Origin: Luminiphilus sp.
Lineage (GTDB): Bacteria > Pseudomonadota > Gammaproteobacteria > Pseudomonadales > Halieaceae
Direction: 5' to 3'
NCBI GenBank assembly: GCA_029253705.1
Contig: JAQWYY010000278.1
Span: forward strand, 1 to 51,068
DNA: 51,068 nt
The position numbers and the translations under genes were made by a program. Of the stretch, positions 10,343 through 20,781 are shown piece by piece. Positions within the stretch are counted from its first letter, which is position 1. Each line of letters begins with the position of its first letter. The notes below the pieces were generated by a model, which searched no databases, was not told where the DNA came from, and worked only from the letters and a program-made list of their open reading frames with translations.

Positions 10343-12997
10343 TTAGAAACTTCTACCCAGTGTAAACTGGAATACTTCGCGCTCATCGATCTCACTGGCG
10401 TTCAGCGGTTTAGCCAAGCTAAATGTCAGTGGCCCAAAGCCTGATAACCAGGTCACACCCACGCCCACAGAATAACGCAGCTCGCCCGCATCGACATCAA
10501 AACAGTTAATCTGATTACCACGGCAGTTAGTGTTAAACACATTGCCCACGTCTAAAAAGAATGCAGAGCGCAGTGAGCTCCTATCTTTGATAAACGGCAT
10601 AGGGAACAGCAACTCAGCGCTGCCCTCGGCAAGCACATTGCCGCCGAAAGGATCAGGCCTTGTTGAAATCGGTTGTACGACGAGTTTACCCGTTCGAGGA
10701 TCGACGACGTAGCCAAAACCACGGCCTGTTGGCCCACCTATTTGAGTAGGGTTGCCGTTTTCATCGATCTGCGTAATGGGGCTGTTTGAATTGTATATCA
10801 GCGGTGGTGTACTCCGCGGACCGAGTGTATTCGCCTCAAAACCGCGAACCGACCCGAAGCCTCCGGCAAAGAAATGTTCGTAGAAAGGCAATTCACTGGT
10901 ATCACCATAACCCCCGCCGTACCCCAACTCGCCACGCAAATGCAGAACAAATTCTTGATATACCGGTATGTAGATCTCGCCCCTGTAGGTTAGCTTGTAG
11001 AATTCCAAATCAGAGAGCGGTACAGCGACCTCAAGCGCCACTGACTGCGACACCCCTCGTGTCGCCAATTGCCCACGATTAAGCGTCGACTGTAGCCATG
11101 ATCCGGTCACACTAAAGTTCAGATATTCATCACCGTTGAGATCTAAGAAACCCAGCTGATCAGGCACTGTTAGTGCCGTTATTGGCAACTCCGAAATAGG
11201 ACGCAACACTTCTGCAGCCGAATAAGTGCCATCTGCCTGTAGCGTGCTTTCGTACCAGCTTTCAACGGCAGGCTCGAGCCGAGGACTAGACTTTATCTCC
11301 TGAACCGCATACTGACCTGCCGTGATTTTGGTATCCGTTACACCAAAGGAAAACCCCAACCGCTGCGTCTCACTAATGGGATACCCAAAATTCATATTGG
11401 CGCCGACGGTATCTGTCGTATAGCTGGCCACATTGATTTCTGAAAGATCCGTCTTCCGGTAAAACACACTAAAACCTCGGCTAACACCGTCCTCAGTAAA
11501 ATAAGGATTCGTGTAGTTTAGGCTTATAACGTCTTGATAGCGCGAGGAGTTGAGATTGATACCCACTCTGCGGCCAGTACCCAAAAAGTTGTTCTGCTGC
11601 AAATTAAGGCCCAGAATCAAGCCAGCATCTTGCGCATATCCAATACTGCCACCGATAGAGCCAAACGATTGCTCGGTTACCGTATATTCAACGTCGATTA
11701 GGTCGTCATAACCGGCAACTTCCTCAGTATCTGCCTCTACTGTTTTGAAGAAACCTAAGCGCTGCAAACGAATTCGACCTTGCTCAATGGCCGAGGCCGA
11801 TGCTGGGGCTGATTCCATTTGGCGCATTTCTCGCCGAAGTACGTCATCGGAAGTATCTAAATTACCGCTAAAATCGATCCGTCTAACGTAGGTTCTCTTC
11901 CCAGGATCAACGAAAAATTTGATCTTAACCTTGCTATCTTCCTCGACCTCTGGAATGCCGGTAACGGTGGCAAAGTTGTACCCTTCATTACCTAGGCGAC
12001 GTGTTAAGTACTCCTCAGTAGTCGTGATCAGGGTTTGAGAGTATACCTGTCCCGGTTGCACCAATAAAAAGCGCTTGAGATCTTCTTCTGGCAGGACGAG
12101 GTCCCCAGATAGCCCGACGTCACTGACCGTAAATTTTTCGCCCTCTGTGACATTGGCTGTGATGTACACGGCCTCCATTCCTGGCGAAATAGCAATCTGA
12201 GTTGAATCGATATTAAATTCCAGATAACCGCGGTCTAGGTAGTATGAGCTCAGCGCTTCAAAGTCAGAGGTTAATTTTTCCTTAGAGTACTTATCATCAC
12301 TGGTGAAAAAAGAAAGCCAGCCGGTCGTCTTTAACTCAAAAATGTCTCGGAGTTGTTCATCGGTGTAGATTGTATTGCCGACCACATTGATGTGTTTAAT
12401 AGATGCAACCGTCCCTTCATTGACATCAATGGCAATCGAAACACGATTCCTTGGCTCAGGAATAACTTCAGCCTCAATTCGGGCATCATAGCGGCCCTGC
12501 AATACATATTGTCGCTGCAACTCCAGTTGCATCCCCTCAAGGGTTGAACGCTGGAATACATTCCCCACGGAAAGACCCGCACCTTTTAGACCATCGAGTA
12601 ACGCCTCGGTTTCAATAGCTTTGTTACCGTCAATCGTGATCTCGCTGATGCTTGGGCGCTCGGCTACTGTCACGACTAGCACCGACCCATCCCGCCCTAT
12701 TGTGATGTCGTCAAAATTCCCTGTCGCAAACAAATTTTTAGCCGATGCTCTTATCGCAAAGGTGTCTGCTACGTCACCCACACCAACCGGTAGCGCCGCA
12801 AAAACGCTTCCCGGAGATATACGCTGCAACCCCTCTACCCGAATATCGCTGATGTTAAATGCCTCAGACTGGGCCTGTGCCTGTGCCTGTGCCTCAGACT
12901 GGGCCTGAGTGAACGCAGGCAGCAACGTAAACAGAGTGGCCGTTATTAGCCCTGTTATGTATCGCCCTATTTTAATTTTACTTTTAGCGAACCACAT
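10343..12997 (-). CDS. bamA: Outer membrane protein assembly factor BamA
   Basis: POTRA repeats (ISDIRVEGLQRI), VRGF motif, C-terminal FQFTLGRSF. ATG 12997 follows GGAGAG. Confidence 0.97.
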   Translation of the reverse strand: MWFAKSKIKIGRYITGLITATLFTLLPAFTQAQSEAQAQAQAQSEAFNISDIRVEGLQRISPGSVFAALPVGVGDVADTFAIRASAKNLFATGNFDDITIGRDGSVLVVTVAERPSISEITIDGNKAIETEALLDGLKGAGLSVGNVFQRSTLEGMQLELQRQYVLQGRYDARIEAEVIPEPRNRVSIAIDVNEGTVASIKHINVVGNTIYTDEQLRDIFELKTTGWLSFFTSDDKYSKEKLTSDFEALSSYYLDRGYLEFNIDSTQIAISPGMEAVYITANVTEGEKFTVSDVGLSGDLVLPEEDLKRFLLVQPGQVYSQTLITTTEEYLTRRLGNEGYNFATVTGIPEVEEDSKVKIKFFVDPGKRTYVRRIDFSGNLDTSDDVLRREMRQMESAPASASAIEQGRIRLQRLGFFKTVEADTEEVAGYDDLIDVEYTVTEQSFGSIGGSIGYAQDAGLILGLNLQQNNFLGTGRRVGINLNSSRYQDVISLNYTNPYFTEDGVSRGFSVFYRKTDLSEINVASYTTDTVGANMNFGYPISETQRLGFSFGVTDTKITAGQYAVQEIKSSPRLEPAVESWYESTLQADGTYSAAEVLRPISELPITALTVPDQLGFLDLNGDEYLNFSVTGSWLQSTLNRGQLATRGVSQSVALEVAVPLSDLEFYKLTYRGEIYIPVYQEFVLHLRGELGYGGGYGDTSELPFYEHFFAGGFGSVRGFEANTLGPRSTPPLIYNSNSPITQIDENGNPTQIGGPTGRGFGYVVDPRTGKLVVQPISTRPDPFGGNVLAEGSAELLFPMPFIKDRSSLRSAFFLDVGNVFNTNCRGNQINCFDVDAGELRYSVGVGVTWLSGFGPLTFSLAKPLNASEIDEREVFQFTLGRSF
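12860..12907. repeat. In-frame direct repeat and hexamer microsatellite at the 5' end of bamA
   Basis: TGCCTCAGACTGGGCCTG at 12860-12877 and 12890-12907 (30-nt period), with (GCCTGT)3 at 12873-12890; encodes QAQSEAQAQAQAQSEA. Confidence 0.9.
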
Positions 12998-13110
12998 CAA
13001 AAGATGCTCTCTCCCACAAAATCGCCGCGCTTCAGCGCAATCAGTAACCAAGTCGACTCAGACAGTTGCCCCCTAAAGGCATCCTGCAAGTTAATCAAAA
13101 GACAGTACAT

Positions 13111-14463
13111 TTACAGCCGACTAAAATCATTATACAGGGCAAAGGCCATGAGACTCATCACCATTATTAGCCCCATTTGATAACCCCAACCCTGAATGCG
13201 CTCAGGAACAGCCCTCCCAGTGAACGCCTCTATGATGTAGAACAGTAAATGACCCCCATCAAGAATAGGTATAGGCAATAAATTTAGGGCCCCCAGCGAA
13301 ATACTTAACAACGCCAGAAACCCCAGCCACGACTGCCAGCCTGATTCTGCTGAGGACGCAGCTACCTGTGCGATGGTGATCGGTCCCGATAAATTCGCCG
13401 TCGAAATTAGGCCCTGAAGCATCTTCAAAATTGATTCAAATGTAAACATGATTAAATCAGAAGTTCGTTGCAAAGCGGCTAACAGCGCCTCTATAGGTCC
13501 TCTATCGAAAACACGCAGGCTTTCTTCAGGAATATCGGGTGCGCGCACAGACATCCCAACACTGCCAATGGCCTGGCCATTCAACACTTTCTCCTCTGGC
13601 AGCAAACTTAGAGATATTTCCGAGAGATCGCGATCTATAACCACCGCTATAGGAACCCCAGGCCGAGCTCGAACGTAGTCTACCCAGTCGGACCAACTCG
13701 CCATCACCTGGCCGTCCGCAGAAACGATCCGGTCTCCTGAGAGAAATCCAGCCGCCTCTGCTGGAGAGCTTTCGACCGTCGCGTCAACGACGGGCAGCAC
13801 TGGAGGGAATGCCAAAGTAATACCCAAGCCAGCTAGGGGGTTGGGGGCTTCAACACCTGCAAGCCAGCGGTCAATGGGAGCATTTGAACTGTACTGAACA
13901 TCTGAGCCCGCATAACGAGCCCCCAACTCGATGAACCCTGTGTCACCCAGACGTTCCAGTAGACGAAAACTCAGTGCATTTATAGTTGGGGTGGCTTTAC
14001 CGTCAATACTAGTGATTTCTTGACCCACCTCAATGCCAGCAAAATACGCGGGTGAATTGGGCTCAATACTGTCCACAACAGGGACCATGCCTTTCTCACC
14101 ACTAAAAAATAGCACCCAGAAAACCACAATAGCTAGCAGGAAATTAGCCAAGGGACCCGCGCTCACAATCGCGATGCGCGACCACACGGACTGCCGGTTA
14201 AACGCGCGATGAAGTTCGTGTGATGCAACGTCTCCCTCACGTTCATCGAGCATCCGCACATAACCGCCCAAGGGAATGGCCGAGACCGTGTATTCTGTAC
14301 CGTCAGCATCCTGAGTCCGCCATAGTGGCATCCCGAAACCCACTGAAAAACGCAGCACTTTGACGCCACAGCGCCGGGCTACCCAAAAGTGACCGTATTC
14401 GTGAAATGCCACCAAGATACCCAGAGTTATCAGCGCTGACACGACCGTCCAGACAAATTCCAC
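13111..14463 (-). CDS. rseP: RIP metalloprotease RseP
   Basis: HEYGH, AGPLANF, two PDZ-like segments, NLLPIPILDGGH. GTG 14463 lies just past the dxr stop. Confidence 0.96.
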   Translation of the reverse strand: MEFVWTVVSALITLGILVAFHEYGHFWVARRCGVKVLRFSVGFGMPLWRTQDADGTEYTVSAIPLGGYVRMLDEREGDVASHELHRAFNRQSVWSRIAIVSAGPLANFLLAIVVFWVLFFSGEKGMVPVVDSIEPNSPAYFAGIEVGQEITSIDGKATPTINALSFRLLERLGDTGFIELGARYAGSDVQYSSNAPIDRWLAGVEAPNPLAGLGITLAFPPVLPVVDATVESSPAEAAGFLSGDRIVSADGQVMASWSDWVDYVRARPGVPIAVVIDRDLSEISLSLLPEEKVLNGQAIGSVGMSVRAPDIPEESLRVFDRGPIEALLAALQRTSDLIMFTFESILKMLQGLISTANLSGPITIAQVAASSAESGWQSWLGFLALLSISLGALNLLPIPILDGGHLLFYIIEAFTGRAVPERIQGWGYQMGLIMVMSLMAFALYNDFSRL

Positions 14464-14467
14464 AGCC

Positions 14468-15673
14468 CTACACCCCCCCTGTGTCACGTGCTAGTTGATG
14501 AATACGCTCTTGCGCACATACCCTCGCACGCCCATCCAAATTTTCAACGGCCTCTAAACTTTCTGGCTCGCTACTTGAAACCGACTCGAGCGCGTGTGCT
14601 ATGACGTTATCAATACCCGTGAATCCAAGCTCTCCCTCCAAAAACGCAGCAACAGCGATTTCATTTGCAGCGTTTAGAACACACATACCGCCGGGCTGGG
14701 TAATTGCCTCTTGTGCCAATCGTAGGCAGGGAAAAGCGTCTAAGTCGGGGGCTTCAAAGTCGAGTTTTGCCACGCTAACCAGGTCTAGTGGCGAAACCCC
14801 TGCCTCAATCCGTTCAGGCCAAGATAAGCCATAGGCAATGGGAGTTCGCATGTCGGGATTGCCTAACTGCGCAAGTACCGAGCCATCGTCGTAACGTACC
14901 AAAGAGTGAATGATACTTTGAGGGTGGACCACCACATCTATATCATTAGGCGTGCAGTCAAATAGCCAGCACGCCTCGGCGAGCTCTAAGCCTTTATTGA
15001 GCAATGTTGCAGAGTCCACTGATATCTTGCGTCCCATAGACCAATTTGGATGCGCACAAGCCTCTTCTGGAGTTACGTTTACCAGCTCCATGCGGCGGCG
15101 GCCTCTAAAAGGTCCTCCAGACGCCGTAAGTAGGATTTTCTCCACTCCTGCAGATTGCGGCCGACCCTGAGTATTAGCCGGAATACACTGAAACATGGCA
15201 TTGTGCTCGCTGTCGATCGGCAGCAGAGTGGCGCCACCAGTGCGCGTTGCCTCCATAAAAACACGGCCAGCACTGACTAAAGCTTCTTTGTTGGCCAGTA
15301 GAAGTCGCTTGCCATGCTCTGCGGCCGCCAATGTGGGTCGCAAACCGGCAAAACCAACTATCGCTGCCATGACGATATCAACATCAGCAGCTGAAGCCGC
15401 ATCAATCAGCGCCTGCGCGCCGCCAATAACGCGAGTCGGCGACTCTGAGGGAAGCTGAGAAGCCAGTTCTTCTGCTGCGTTAGGGCAAGCCATGACGGCT
15501 TGTACGGGCTGGTAGGTAAGAACCAGTTCCAGCATTTTTTTTACGGAACGGTGTGCCGTAATAGTGTGTAAAGCAAATCGATCGGTATGGCGGTTAAGCA
15601 CATCCAGAGTACTCAAGCCGATAGATCCGGTAGCCCCCAAAACTACAACTTGCTGTAACTCAGTAGCCCGCAA
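14468..15673 (-). CDS. dxr: 1-deoxy-D-xylulose-5-phosphate reductoisomerase
   Basis: LGATGSIG, LANKEALV, LPIDSEHNA, HPNWSMGRKISVDSAT, NKGLE. Start uncertain; TTG 15673 overlapping the cdsA end was chosen. Confidence 0.95.
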   Translation of the reverse strand: MRATELQQVVVLGATGSIGLSTLDVLNRHTDRFALHTITAHRSVKKMLELVLTYQPVQAVMACPNAAEELASQLPSESPTRVIGGAQALIDAASAADVDIVMAAIVGFAGLRPTLAAAEHGKRLLLANKEALVSAGRVFMEATRTGGATLLPIDSEHNAMFQCIPANTQGRPQSAGVEKILLTASGGPFRGRRRMELVNVTPEEACAHPNWSMGRKISVDSATLLNKGLELAEACWLFDCTPNDIDVVVHPQSIIHSLVRYDDGSVLAQLGNPDMRTPIAYGLSWPERIEAGVSPLDLVSVAKLDFEAPDLDAFPCLRLAQEAITQPGGMCVLNAANEIAVAAFLEGELGFTGIDNVIAHALESVSSSEPESLEAVENLDGRARVCAQERIHQLARDTGGV

Positions 15674-16496
15674 GGAGTAATCCCAGTGCGAATACAGGCG
15701 CTGCCGCGCACAGACCGTCAATCCTGTCTAGGAGACCACCATGCCCCGGAAGTAACGTACCGGAGTCTTTAACGCCGCTTTCGCGCTTTACCATGCTAAC
15801 CGTGAGATCCCCCAGCACTGAAGCACCGGCTACGGCAAGGCCCACGAGAACCAAAGTGACCAAAGATAGGTGTGCCATATGTTTGGGCAAAATATAAGCG
15901 ACCAAGAAGGTAAGCGCGAGAACCGAAGCAACCCCTCCCCAGAAGCCTTCCCAGGTTTTACCTGGACTCACCCTAATCGCCAGTTTGTGACGCCCCCACC
16001 TGCGACCCGAGAAATAAGCACCAATGTCGGCCAAGGCCACGGCTAAAACCAACAGGACAAGCAGTAAAGTGCCGCCGGGCAAGGTAAGCAAGAAAATCGT
16101 GGCCAGCCATGTTGTAGCCAGAATAAACAAACCGAAGACCGCGCGGCTCACTCGGCTACGCCAAATTTTAGCCGTGCCCGGATAACTCTCAACCATGAGC
16201 ATAACAACGGACCAGAAAAAGCAGGCAATACCTAACCAAGGCCGAAAGACATCAGGCGCCGGGGCTTCGCCAATGCTAAACACTAGCCAAGTCGTCACAA
16301 GCACAATGATGTAAATTAACGTGTAGGCAACCCTCGCCGGGAAGGTTTTTATACCAGATAGGCCGCTCCACTCCCACGCACCTGCCGCGGCAACAGCACC
16401 AAATATCAATGCCAGTGCCTCAAGGTGCAGGAAGAAGACAGCCGCCAAAAAAGATAACGCCAAGATTACGCCTGTGATTACTCTCTGGCGCAGCAT
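15660..16496 (-). CDS. cdsA: Phosphatidate cytidylyltransferase
   Basis: MLRQRVITG, SPGKTWEG, KRESGVKDSGTLLPGHGGLLDRID. Confidence 0.96.
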   Translation of the reverse strand: MLRQRVITGVILALSFLAAVFFLHLEALALIFGAVAAAGAWEWSGLSGIKTFPARVAYTLIYIIVLVTTWLVFSIGEAPAPDVFRPWLGIACFFWSVVMLMVESYPGTAKIWRSRVSRAVFGLFILATTWLATIFLLTLPGGTLLLVLLVLAVALADIGAYFSGRRWGRHKLAIRVSPGKTWEGFWGGVASVLALTFLVAYILPKHMAHLSLVTLVLVGLAVAGASVLGDLTVSMVKRESGVKDSGTLLPGHGGLLDRIDGLCAAAPVFALGLLLAGY

Positions 16497-17281
16497 TATG
16501 AGGCGCTCCCGGCCTTATCTAGTGACTGAACGAACATATCGTCACCGCTGCGCAATCCGAATCGACGCTCTCTGCCCTGAAAGTCTTCGATAGCGCGGGT
16601 CAAAGCAGCCTCGTCGAAATCTGGCCATAGTGCATCGCAAAAATAAAATTCTGTGTAGGCCAGCTGCCACAACATAAAGTTAGAAATTCTTGCGTCTCCA
16701 CCAGTGCGGATACACAGATCTGGCGCAGGTAAATCACCCAGAGACAGTGTCTGCTCAAATCGTTCCGAATTGATGTCGTCTGCAGATAACTTACCCGCCG
16801 CCACCTCAGCTGCTAATGTTTTTACCGCGTCAATCACATCCCATTGACCGCCGTAATCCACTGCTAGGGTCAGCGTTGCATCTGTATTAGCTGCCGTCGC
16901 CTCCTCACTACGACGCATCAACCGCTGTAAACGACGGCTTAATCGATCACGTCGCCCAATGAATCGAAGCCGAACGTTATCTCGCTGCAGCTGTTCCACC
17001 TCTCTGCGGAGATAATGGCAAAGTAACGCCATTAAAGCTCGCACTTCGGTCTCTGGCCTTCCCCAGTTTTCACTACTGAAAGCAAACAATGTCAATGCTT
17101 TGATGCCCTTTGCCTTACAGGTCTTTAAAGCCGCTCGCACCGCTTCTACTCCCGCGCGATGTCCGGAGGGCACGGGCAGCCCTCTGCGGCGCGCCCAGCG
17201 TCCATTACCGTCCATGATTATGGCGATATGCTGGGGCTCTGGCCGCCAGTTCATTAAATTGGACTCGAAAGGTTTATTCAT
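16496..17281 (-). CDS. uppS: Undecaprenyl diphosphate synthase
   Basis: HIAIIMDGNGRWA, FSSENWGRP, IRTGGDARISNFMLWQ. The start could be the second Met (17254). Confidence 0.96.
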   Translation of the reverse strand: MNKPFESNLMNWRPEPQHIAIIMDGNGRWARRRGLPVPSGHRAGVEAVRAALKTCKAKGIKALTLFAFSSENWGRPETEVRALMALLCHYLRREVEQLQRDNVRLRFIGRRDRLSRRLQRLMRRSEEATAANTDATLTLAVDYGGQWDVIDAVKTLAAEVAAGKLSADDINSERFEQTLSLGDLPAPDLCIRTGGDARISNFMLWQLAYTEFYFCDALWPDFDEAALTRAIEDFQGRERRFGLRSGDDMFVQSLDKAGSAS

Positions 17282-17314
17282 TAAATTGCGTTACCGCTAG
17301 GGCCTCGACCTCTC

Positions 17315-17872
17315 TCAAATTTCCATCAGATCGACTTCTTTGGCCGCCAAAGCTTCCTCCACTTTGGCGACAAAAGTATCCGTCAGTTTCTGGATAATGT
17401 CCTGAGCGCGTCGCTCATCATCTTCTGAGATGTCCTTATCCTTAAGCAGTTCCTTGAGCATACCATTGGCATCCCGTCGAGCACTGCGAATAGAGACCCG
17501 ACCGGCCTCTGCCTCTGCCTTAGCTTGTTTAATAAATCCGCGCCGCGTTTCCTCCGTCAACATAGGCATGGGAATACGCATCACGTCCCCAGCTGTCGCA
17601 GGATTAAGACCGAGGTCAGATTTCATGATCGCCTTCTCAATGGTGGGCGTCATGCTTTTATCAAAAGCGGTTACTGCCAATGTGCGAGCATCCTCAACCG
17701 TAATATTGGCCAACTGATTGAGAGGCGTAAGTGCCCCATAATATTCAGCCTTGATGCCATCAAGCAGGCTTGGATGGGCTCGCCCCGTTCGTATTTTATT
17801 AAAGTGCTGGCCCAACGCGTCCAGGGCTTTGACCATGCGTTGCTCAGTCTCAATGCGAATATCGTCGATCAT
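17315..17872 (-). CDS. frr: Ribosome recycling factor
   Basis: [26 protein letters not shown]; 185 aa. Confidence 0.98.
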   Translation of the reverse strand: MIDDIRIETEQRMVKALDALGQHFNKIRTGRAHPSLLDGIKAEYYGALTPLNQLANITVEDARTLAVTAFDKSMTPTIEKAIMKSDLGLNPATAGDVMRIPMPMLTEETRRGFIKQAKAEAEAGRVSIRSARRDANGMLKELLKDKDISEDDERRAQDIIQKLTDTFVAKVEEALAAKEVDLMEI

Positions 17873-17918
17873 GGTTTTCTTTCCTGTATTTCAACAGCCT
17901 CTTAACTGGGACCGTCCA

Positions 17919-18635
17919 TCAGCTAATTAAAGTACCCTCTGAGCCGCCCCTTACAATACTAAGCAGCGCACCGCGCTGCGCCATATCGAAGACACGAACG
18001 GGCAAATTATGGTCACGACAGAGGCAAATGGCGGTCAGATCCATCACCTCTAGCTTACGATCCAGAACCTGATCAAAGGTCAGCTCATCAAAGCGCTCGG
18101 CAGCTGCGTCCTTCATCGGGTCGGCGCTGTAAACACCGTCGACTTTAGTCGCTTTCAAAACGAGATTGGCGTTGATCTCAATGCCGCGTAAACAAGCTGC
18201 CGAGTCAGTTGTGAAAAACGGATTGCCGGTGCCCGCCGTAAAGATGACGACGTCCCCGTTAGATAGTGCACGAATAGCCTTTCGACGGTCGTAATGGTCT
18301 ACCACGCCACTCATAGGGATAGCTGACATGACTTGAGTAGCGATATTGGAGCGCTCGAGAGCGTCGCGAAGTGCCAACGCATTCATCACTGTGGCAAGCA
18401 TGCCCATATGGTCGCCAGTCACCCGATCCAAACCCGCTTCTTGGAGTGCCTTTCCACGAAAGAGATTGCCGCCGCCGACAACCAACCCCACCTGCACGCC
18501 AATACCGACTAATTGACCAACCTCAAGGGCAAGTTGATCCAACACTTTAGGATCTATACCAAACGCTTCTTCACCGGTAAGTGCCTCACCACTGAGTTTG
18601 AGCAGAATACGTTTGACTATTTTTTCGCTAGCCAC
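17919..18635 (-). CDS. pyrH: UMP kinase
   Basis: [38 protein letters not shown]; GTG start after AAGGAG. Confidence 0.98.
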   Translation of the reverse strand: MASEKIVKRILLKLSGEALTGEEAFGIDPKVLDQLALEVGQLVGIGVQVGLVVGGGNLFRGKALQEAGLDRVTGDHMGMLATVMNALALRDALERSNIATQVMSAIPMSGVVDHYDRRKAIRALSNGDVVIFTAGTGNPFFTTDSAACLRGIEINANLVLKATKVDGVYSADPMKDAAAERFDELTFDQVLDRKLEVMDLTAICLCRDHNLPVRVFDMAQRGALLSIVRGGSEGTLIS

Positions 18636-18674
18636 AGGCCTTCTCCTTTCTCGAGGGTCCTATCCTACCGGACA

Positions 18675-18703
18675 CTTGAGTCGCAAGTCAGGCCGTAAGT
18701 TCC
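18675..18703 (-). promoter_or_regulatory. Candidate sigmaE (RpoE)-type promoter upstream of pyrH
   Basis: GGAACTT (18703-18697), 17-nt spacer, TCAAG (18679-18675). Resembles GAACTT-N16/17-TCAAA/TCTGA with one mismatch in the -10. Confidence 0.4.
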
Positions 18704-18789
18704 TGACCAATGGTTACTAAGCGAAATATGACCAACAAAAAACGATTAGTCAGCTTGATGCGGCCCACAAACTCGGGACCGCCTCACAT

Positions 18790-19647
18790 TCACCCTTTCA
18801 GTTGAGCGGCCACTTCGTCAGCAAAGTCAACTTTGTCTACCTCGATACCCTCACCAACCTCAAACCGTGAGAACGAGATAACTTCAGCTCCCGCCGACTT
18901 AACCAGCTGCCCCACGGTCACGTCGGGGTCTTTGACAAAGGCTTGCTCTGAGAGGCTATTCTCCGCAAGGTATTTTTTGATGCGCCCACCGATCATTTTT
19001 TCAATAATCTCTGCCGGCTTGCCAGATTCCTGTGCCTGAGCAGTAAAAATATCGCGCTCCTGCTCGAGAAGTGCCTCGGGCATATCCGACGGGGAAACTA
19101 CCTGTGGATTAACGGCAGCTACGTGCATAGCGACGTCTCGCGCAAGGTCCTGATCACCACCGCGCAGCTCCACCAACACCGCAATTCTATTGTTGCCGTG
19201 CACATAGCTCCCAACCACACCGCTTTCTGCCGTGACCATAGAAGCCCTGCGAATACCAATATTTTCACCGATCTTTTGTACCAGAGCTTCGCGAGCCTCA
19301 TCAAGAGGACCCGACTTCAATGCCTCTACATCTGCTGAGCGGTTTTCGTAGAGCGCGTCAGCAACCGAACCCACAAAACCCAGAAAATTTTCGTCTCGAG
19401 CCACAAAATCAGTCTCGCTATTAACTTCTACCAAAACGCCGAAACTGCCGTCTTCCGCTATTCGTGTTGTAACGACACCGTCTGCTGCAATGCGGCCCGC
19501 TTTTTTAGCGGCCTTCATCCCGCTGGACTTACGCAAAGCTTCAATTGCCGCATCAATATCGTTAGCGGCTTCTTTCAGCGCCCTTTTGCACTCGAGAAGC
19601 CCCAATCCTGTGCGCTCTCGAAGCTCCTTAACCAATGCTGCTGACAT
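18790..19647 (-). CDS. tsf: Elongation factor Ts
   Basis: [34 protein letters not shown]. Confidence 0.98.
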   Translation of the reverse strand: MSAALVKELRERTGLGLLECKRALKEAANDIDAAIEALRKSSGMKAAKKAGRIAADGVVTTRIAEDGSFGVLVEVNSETDFVARDENFLGFVGSVADALYENRSADVEALKSGPLDEAREALVQKIGENIGIRRASMVTAESGVVGSYVHGNNRIAVLVELRGGDQDLARDVAMHVAAVNPQVVSPSDMPEALLEQERDIFTAQAQESGKPAEIIEKMIGGRIKKYLAENSLSEQAFVKDPDVTVGQLVKSAGAEVISFSRFEVGEGIEVDKVDFADEVAAQLKG

Positions 19648-19733
19648 GTTTCATCCCTCGTTACGCTTCCTAGGATTCGCATCCAAAAAAGCTGTCATAT
19701 TTAGTGTGTTGCGAGGCGTGAGCCCCACCGGGT

Positions 19734-19758
19734 AAAAAAAAGCCGCGCGAAGCGCGGC
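19734..19758 (-). terminator. Intrinsic terminator/attenuator between rpsB and tsf
   Basis: Minus strand GCCGCGC-UUC-GCGCGGC followed by U8, immediately after the rpsB stop. Confidence 0.8.
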
Positions 19759-19764
19759 CCGGTC

Positions 19765-20532
19765 TTAGGCGTCAGCTTCTGCCGAATCGTCTGCGTCTGC
19801 TGGCGACTCTTCCACCTCAACAAATTCATCAGCGGCGGGCACTTCGCCTCGCTCTGCTTTACCTTCCAAAACAGCATCTGCAACTGCTTTTACATAAAGC
19901 CTAATCGCACGAATCGCGTCATCATTGCCCGGAATAACGTAATCAATACCATCGGGATTACTGTTAGTGTCAACAATACCAATGACTGGAATACCCAGCT
20001 TATTGGCCTCGGTAATAGCAATGCGTTCGTGATCTACATCAATCACAAACAGAACGTCAGGCAGGCCGGTCATATCCTTGATGCCACCGACCGACCGATC
20101 TAACTTCTCTTTAGAACGAGTACGCATAAGCGCCTCTTTCTTTGTTAACTTGGCAAACGTACCGTCCGCCTCTTGGTCTTCCAACTCACGCAGCCGCTTG
20201 ATCGAGGACCGCACTGTTTTATAGTTGGTCAGCATGCCGCCTAACCAGCGGTGACTTACATACGGCATTCCACAACGGGCTGCCTGCTCTTCGATCACCT
20301 TTCCAGCAGCTCGCTTGGTGCCCACAAACATGATGTTGCTTTTGTTGCTGGCAAGACGCTGAACGTGCTTGAGAGCGTCGTTAAAAGCGGGCACGGTGTG
20401 CTCGAGATTGATAATGTGTATTTTGTTTCGCGCCCCGAAAATGAATTGATCCATTTTGGGGTTCCAGAAACGGGTCTGGTGTCCAAAGTGGGCGCCTGCT
20501 TGCAGCAGGTCGCGCATGCTTACTTGAGCCAT
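19765..20532 (-). CDS. rpsB: 30S ribosomal protein S2
   Basis: [38 protein letters not shown]; ATG 20532 preferred to the track start 20571. Confidence 0.98.
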   Translation of the reverse strand: MAQVSMRDLLQAGAHFGHQTRFWNPKMDQFIFGARNKIHIINLEHTVPAFNDALKHVQRLASNKSNIMFVGTKRAAGKVIEEQAARCGMPYVSHRWLGGMLTNYKTVRSSIKRLRELEDQEADGTFAKLTKKEALMRTRSKEKLDRSVGGIKDMTGLPDVLFVIDVDHERIAITEANKLGIPVIGIVDTNSNPDGIDYVIPGNDDAIRAIRLYVKAVADAVLEGKAERGEVPAADEFVEVEESPADADDSAEADA

Positions 20533-20680
20533 AATTACCTTCCTGAGGTTTGGGTTTTGATCGTCATACACCTTCTAGGTCCAACCGAATAACGGCACCC
20601 GGCCCAGATTTTTTGATGTATGAAGTCGACATTAAAGCGCAGGTTAATTCCCGCGCCTCGCCGGACTCATTCCAACGAGG
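20533..20680 (-). ncRNA. rpsB 5' leader (S2 autoregulatory element, t44-like)
   Basis: About 150 nt between the rpsB promoter and start codon. Inverted repeat GCGCCTCG (20653-20660)/CGAGGCGC (20676-20683) at the 5' end; GGGUGCC core in the downstream part. Position matches the known gammaproteobacterial element; boundaries approximate. Confidence 0.65.
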
Positions 20681-20696
20681 CGCGCGTTATACCACA
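20679..20696 (-). promoter_or_regulatory. rpsB extended -10 promoter with GC-rich discriminator
   Basis: Minus strand TGTGGTATAAC followed by GCGCGCC, matching the conserved gammaproteobacterial rpsB promoter. Confidence 0.8.
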
Positions 20697-20781
20697 TTTA
20701 TACGATTTGGAGAAGGAAAAGGACATCAGAGCGTCCTTTGGTTACAATGCTTGCCCACTCCAACAAAAGATGTGAACTGGC

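Noticed and set aside
18760-18782. Hairpin after tsf (GCGGUCC...GGGCCGC on the minus strand)
   Set aside because: No U tract follows, so it is not called as a terminator.
20533-20696. rpsB leader as a novel RNA
   Set aside because: Matches the known S2 autoregulatory leader and promoter; listed as a feature only.
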